The position numbers and the translations under genes were made by a program. This document shows positions 61,289-64,000 of a DNA stretch of 64,000 nt, in pieces (position 1 is the first letter of the stretch; each line of letters begins with the position of its first letter). The stretch is from an uncultured delta proteobacterium (GTDB lineage: Bacteria; Desulfobacterota; WTBG01), in assembly GCA_963793865.1 (NCBI GenBank), contig CAWCBP010000001.1:352001-416000 (forward strand), written 5' to 3'. The notes beneath the pieces were generated by a model. The model was given only the letters and a program-made list of their open reading frames with translations. It made no database searches and was not told where the DNA came from.

Positions 61289-62617
61289 CTAGGGGTTGAA
61301 TAGCATCCTGCCCATGTTTCTCATTTTTCCCTTGGTGAAGCCCTTCATCAGCTTGCGGGTCTGCATGTACTGCTTGATGAGCTTGTTGACCTCCTGAACG
61401 GTGGTGCCGCTGCCGTCCGCGATCCGCTTGCGCCGGCTGCCGTTGAGCAGCGAGGGATACAGACGCTCCCTGACGGTCATGGAGTTGAGAATGGCCTCCA
61501 TCCTGAGCAGCTGCCGGTCATCGATCTGCATGGTGGAGAGGGCCTTGCTGTTAATGCCCGGGATCATGCCCAGGATGTCCTGCAGAGGCCCCATCTTTTT
61601 TATCTGCTGAAAGCTGTTCCTGAAATCATCGAGGGTGAATCCATCCTTGCGGATCTTCTTTTCCAGGTCCTCCGCCTGCTCGGCGTCGAACGTGGCCTCG
61701 GCCTTCTCGATGAGCGATAGCATGTCGCCCATCCCCAGGATGCGGGAAGCCATCCGTTCGGGATGAAACACCTCCAGCGCGTCCAGTTTTTCACCCGTGC
61801 CGATAAACTTGATCGGCTTTTGGGTGACCGCCCGGATGGAGAGCGCGGCGCCGCCGCGGGCATCGCCATCCATTTTCGTCAGTATAACACCGTCAATGCT
61901 GAGAAGCTCGTTAAATTTTCCCGCCACGCTGACCGCTTCCTGCCCGGTCATGGCGTCGGCAACAAACAGTATCTCCCCGGGGGTCGTCTCCCGCTTGATT
62001 TCGGCCAGCTCCTCCATCAACTTTTCGTCGATGTGCCACCTGCCCGCCGTGTCAATCAGCACCACGGTGAAGCCTTTCATGCGGGCTGCCGCCAGGGCGT
62101 CCCGGCAGATGACCCGGGGCTTCTGCCGCTCATCGGAGGGAAACACCTCGATGCCGAGCTGCTTTCCCAGGGTGGTGAGCTGGGCAATGGCCGCGGGGCG
62201 GTACACGTCCGCGGGGACCAAAAGCGGATTGTGGTGCTGCTCCCGCAGCAGGCGGGCCAGCTTGCCGATGGTGGTGGTCTTGCCGGAACCCTGCAGGCCC
62301 ACGACCATGATGACATGGGGACCTTTTCCCGACAGGGAAAGGCGGCTTTCCCCGCTGCCCATGAGCGCAATAAGCTCGTCCCGGACAATCTTTATAAACT
62401 GCTGGGCGGGGGTCAGGCTCTTCAACACCTCCTGGCCCAGGGCCTTGCCCTTGACGCTCTCGATAAAACCTTTAACCACCCTGAAGTTGACGTCGGCCTC
62501 GAGCAGGGTGATGCGGACTTCCTTGAGGGCCTCCTCGATGTTCCCCTCGCTGAGCCTGCCGTGGCCCCTCAGGCGCTTAAAGGTCTGGTTCAGCTTCTCG
62601 GTAAGATTTTCAAACAT
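61289..62617 (-). CDS. ffh: signal recognition particle protein
   Basis: GLQGSGKTT, DTAGR, TKMDGDARGG and SR..RIA.GSG motifs. Confidence 0.97.
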   Translation of the reverse strand: MFENLTEKLNQTFKRLRGHGRLSEGNIEEALKEVRITLLEADVNFRVVKGFIESVKGKALGQEVLKSLTPAQQFIKIVRDELIALMGSGESRLSLSGKGPHVIMVVGLQGSGKTTTIGKLARLLREQHHNPLLVPADVYRPAAIAQLTTLGKQLGIEVFPSDERQKPRVICRDALAAARMKGFTVVLIDTAGRWHIDEKLMEELAEIKRETTPGEILFVADAMTGQEAVSVAGKFNELLSIDGVILTKMDGDARGGAALSIRAVTQKPIKFIGTGEKLDALEVFHPERMASRILGMGDMLSLIEKAEATFDAEQAEDLEKKIRKDGFTLDDFRNSFQQIKKMGPLQDILGMIPGINSKALSTMQIDDRQLLRMEAILNSMTVRERLYPSLLNGSRRKRIADGSGTTVQEVNKLIKQYMQTRKLMKGFTKGKMRNMGRMLFNP

Positions 62618-62661
62618 GCACGACGCAGTCTTTTTTGGTTGGTAAAACTTAATAACCCTGC

Positions 62662-62742
62662 AATATAAAATTATTTTTTCGTCTTTGTCAAGCGATATTT
62701 TCTTTCATAGAGGTTGACAATGCCTTTGTGAATGTGGATAAT
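62662..62742. promoter_or_regulatory. divergent sigma70 promoters for ffh and ald
   Basis: Minus strand TTGACA-N18-TATATT (62691-62662); plus strand TTGACA-N17-GATAAT (62714-62742). Confidence 0.55.
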
Positions 62743-62797
62743 TCCCGGCACGTTGGACAGCATCGGTATCATACATCTCATTGAACAGGAGCGGCAT

Positions 62798-63913
62798 ATG
62801 ATTATAGGGGTTCCCAAGGAAATCAAGCCTGAGGAAAGAAGGGTTGCCATGACTCCCGACGGGGTCGCGCGCCTGGTCGGTCACGGCCACCGGGTGATAA
62901 TCGAGCACAATGCCGGCGCGGGCAGCGGCATTTCCGACGCCGCCTTCAAGGAGGCCGGGGCGGTTATAAAGCGCACTCCCAAGGAGCTGTGGCGCGATGC
63001 GGACATGATCCTCAAGGTAAAGGAGCCGCTGGAGCCGGAGATTGCCCTCGCGCGTGAGGGGCAGATCGTGTTTACCTTTTTTCACCTTGCCGCTGACAGG
63101 CGCCTGACGGTATCGCTGCTCAGGACAAAGATTGTAGGCATTGCCTACGAGACGGTCCAGCTTTCCGACGGCAGCCTGCCGATTCTGAGGTCCATGAGCG
63201 AAATCGCCGGGTATCTGGCGGTGCAGCTGGCGGCGCGCGGGCTGGAAGCGCGCAATGGAGGCAGGGGAATTGTAATGGGCGGCATTCCCGGTTTATCACC
63301 CGCCCGCGTCACCATCGTGGGCGGGGGGAGCACCGGGGTCCGCGCCGCGGAGGCGGCCGCGGGCATGGGCGCGCGGGTGACCATCCTGGAAATCAACCGG
63401 AAAAGAATCGGCGAGCTTCGGGAGATGCTGGGTGATCGCGTGCATGTCAGGCCTCCCGCGACCCGGGACGTTGAGCATGATGTGACACACGCTGACGTGG
63501 TGATAGGAGCCCTTTTGAGCCCCGGGGCCAGGGCTTCCAAGGTGGTGACCAGGGCAATGGTGAAAAAGATGCAGCCGGGCGCGGTCATTGTCGATGTCGC
63601 CGTGGACCAGGGCGGCTGCTGTGAAACCATCCGTCCCACCACCCATGACAAACCCTTCTACATTCTTGACGGCGTGGTGCACTGCGGGATAACCAACATG
63701 CCCAGCGCGGTGCCGCGCTCCTCAACCCTGGCATTGACCAAGGAAAGCCTTCCCTTTGCCCTGGAGATTGCGGATAAGGGATACCGCGCCGCCGCACGGG
63801 AAAATCCCGCCATCATGAAGGGTATCAACCTGCTCGAGGGAAAGCTGACCAACCCCGCGGTTGCCAGGGCCTTCGGCATGGCCTATCATGAATTCAAGGG
63901 CACATCCCTGTAG
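62798..63913 (+). CDS. ald: alanine dehydrogenase
   Basis: IGVPKEIK..E.RV, KVKEP, FFHLA, MSEIAG, DVAVDQGGC and NMP.AVP motifs. Confidence 0.93.
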   Translation: MIIGVPKEIKPEERRVAMTPDGVARLVGHGHRVIIEHNAGAGSGISDAAFKEAGAVIKRTPKELWRDADMILKVKEPLEPEIALAREGQIVFTFFHLAADRRLTVSLLRTKIVGIAYETVQLSDGSLPILRSMSEIAGYLAVQLAARGLEARNGGRGIVMGGIPGLSPARVTIVGGGSTGVRAAEAAAGMGARVTILEINRKRIGELREMLGDRVHVRPPATRDVEHDVTHADVVIGALLSPGARASKVVTRAMVKKMQPGAVIVDVAVDQGGCCETIRPTTHDKPFYILDGVVHCGITNMPSAVPRSSTLALTKESLPFALEIADKGYRAAARENPAIMKGINLLEGKLTNPAVARAFGMAYHEFKGTSL

Positions 63914-64000
63914 ACGGCCCACACCGCATCGCCTTCAAGTCTGCCGGCGGTTACCGTGACCTCATGGTTGCGGAGGGCGGCCGGTCCCTCAAAGACAACG

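Overview
Bacterial chromosomal window, most likely from a Desulfobacterota (deltaproteobacterial) genome; the taxonomy is inferred from gene content and protein style only. Both ends carry housekeeping genes. Left: uxs/ugd/rfbD, engB, pabC-like/pabB, birA, mnmG, mscL and tRNA-Cys/tRNA-Gly. Right: nfo, asmA-like, yraN-rnhB-rplS-trmD-khpA-rpsP-ffh (with no rimM) and ald. The accessory middle holds three things. (1) A methanogen-type sulfonate/coenzyme M early pathway cluster, comA-comB-comD-comE, with no comC or comF in the window. (2) A ~27 kb cell-surface tailoring region with rfbACB, two GT2 genes, a GT4, about six GT-C-like polytopic membrane proteins (three are close paralogs), an acyltransferase, methyltransferases, and two DUF1566/dockerin-like secreted proteins. 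(3) Four exported sulfatase-fold proteins, two inside and two outside that region, that carry Thr instead of the formylglycine Cys/Ser motif. Intergenic DNA is dense with short palindromic (REP-like) and heptamer repeats, and these assemble into ordered composite elements sitting just downstream of genes and co-oriented with transcription. About a dozen genes carry small frameshifts, more likely assembly indels than true decay. No integrase, transposase, reverse transcriptase, CRISPR array or rRNA was seen.
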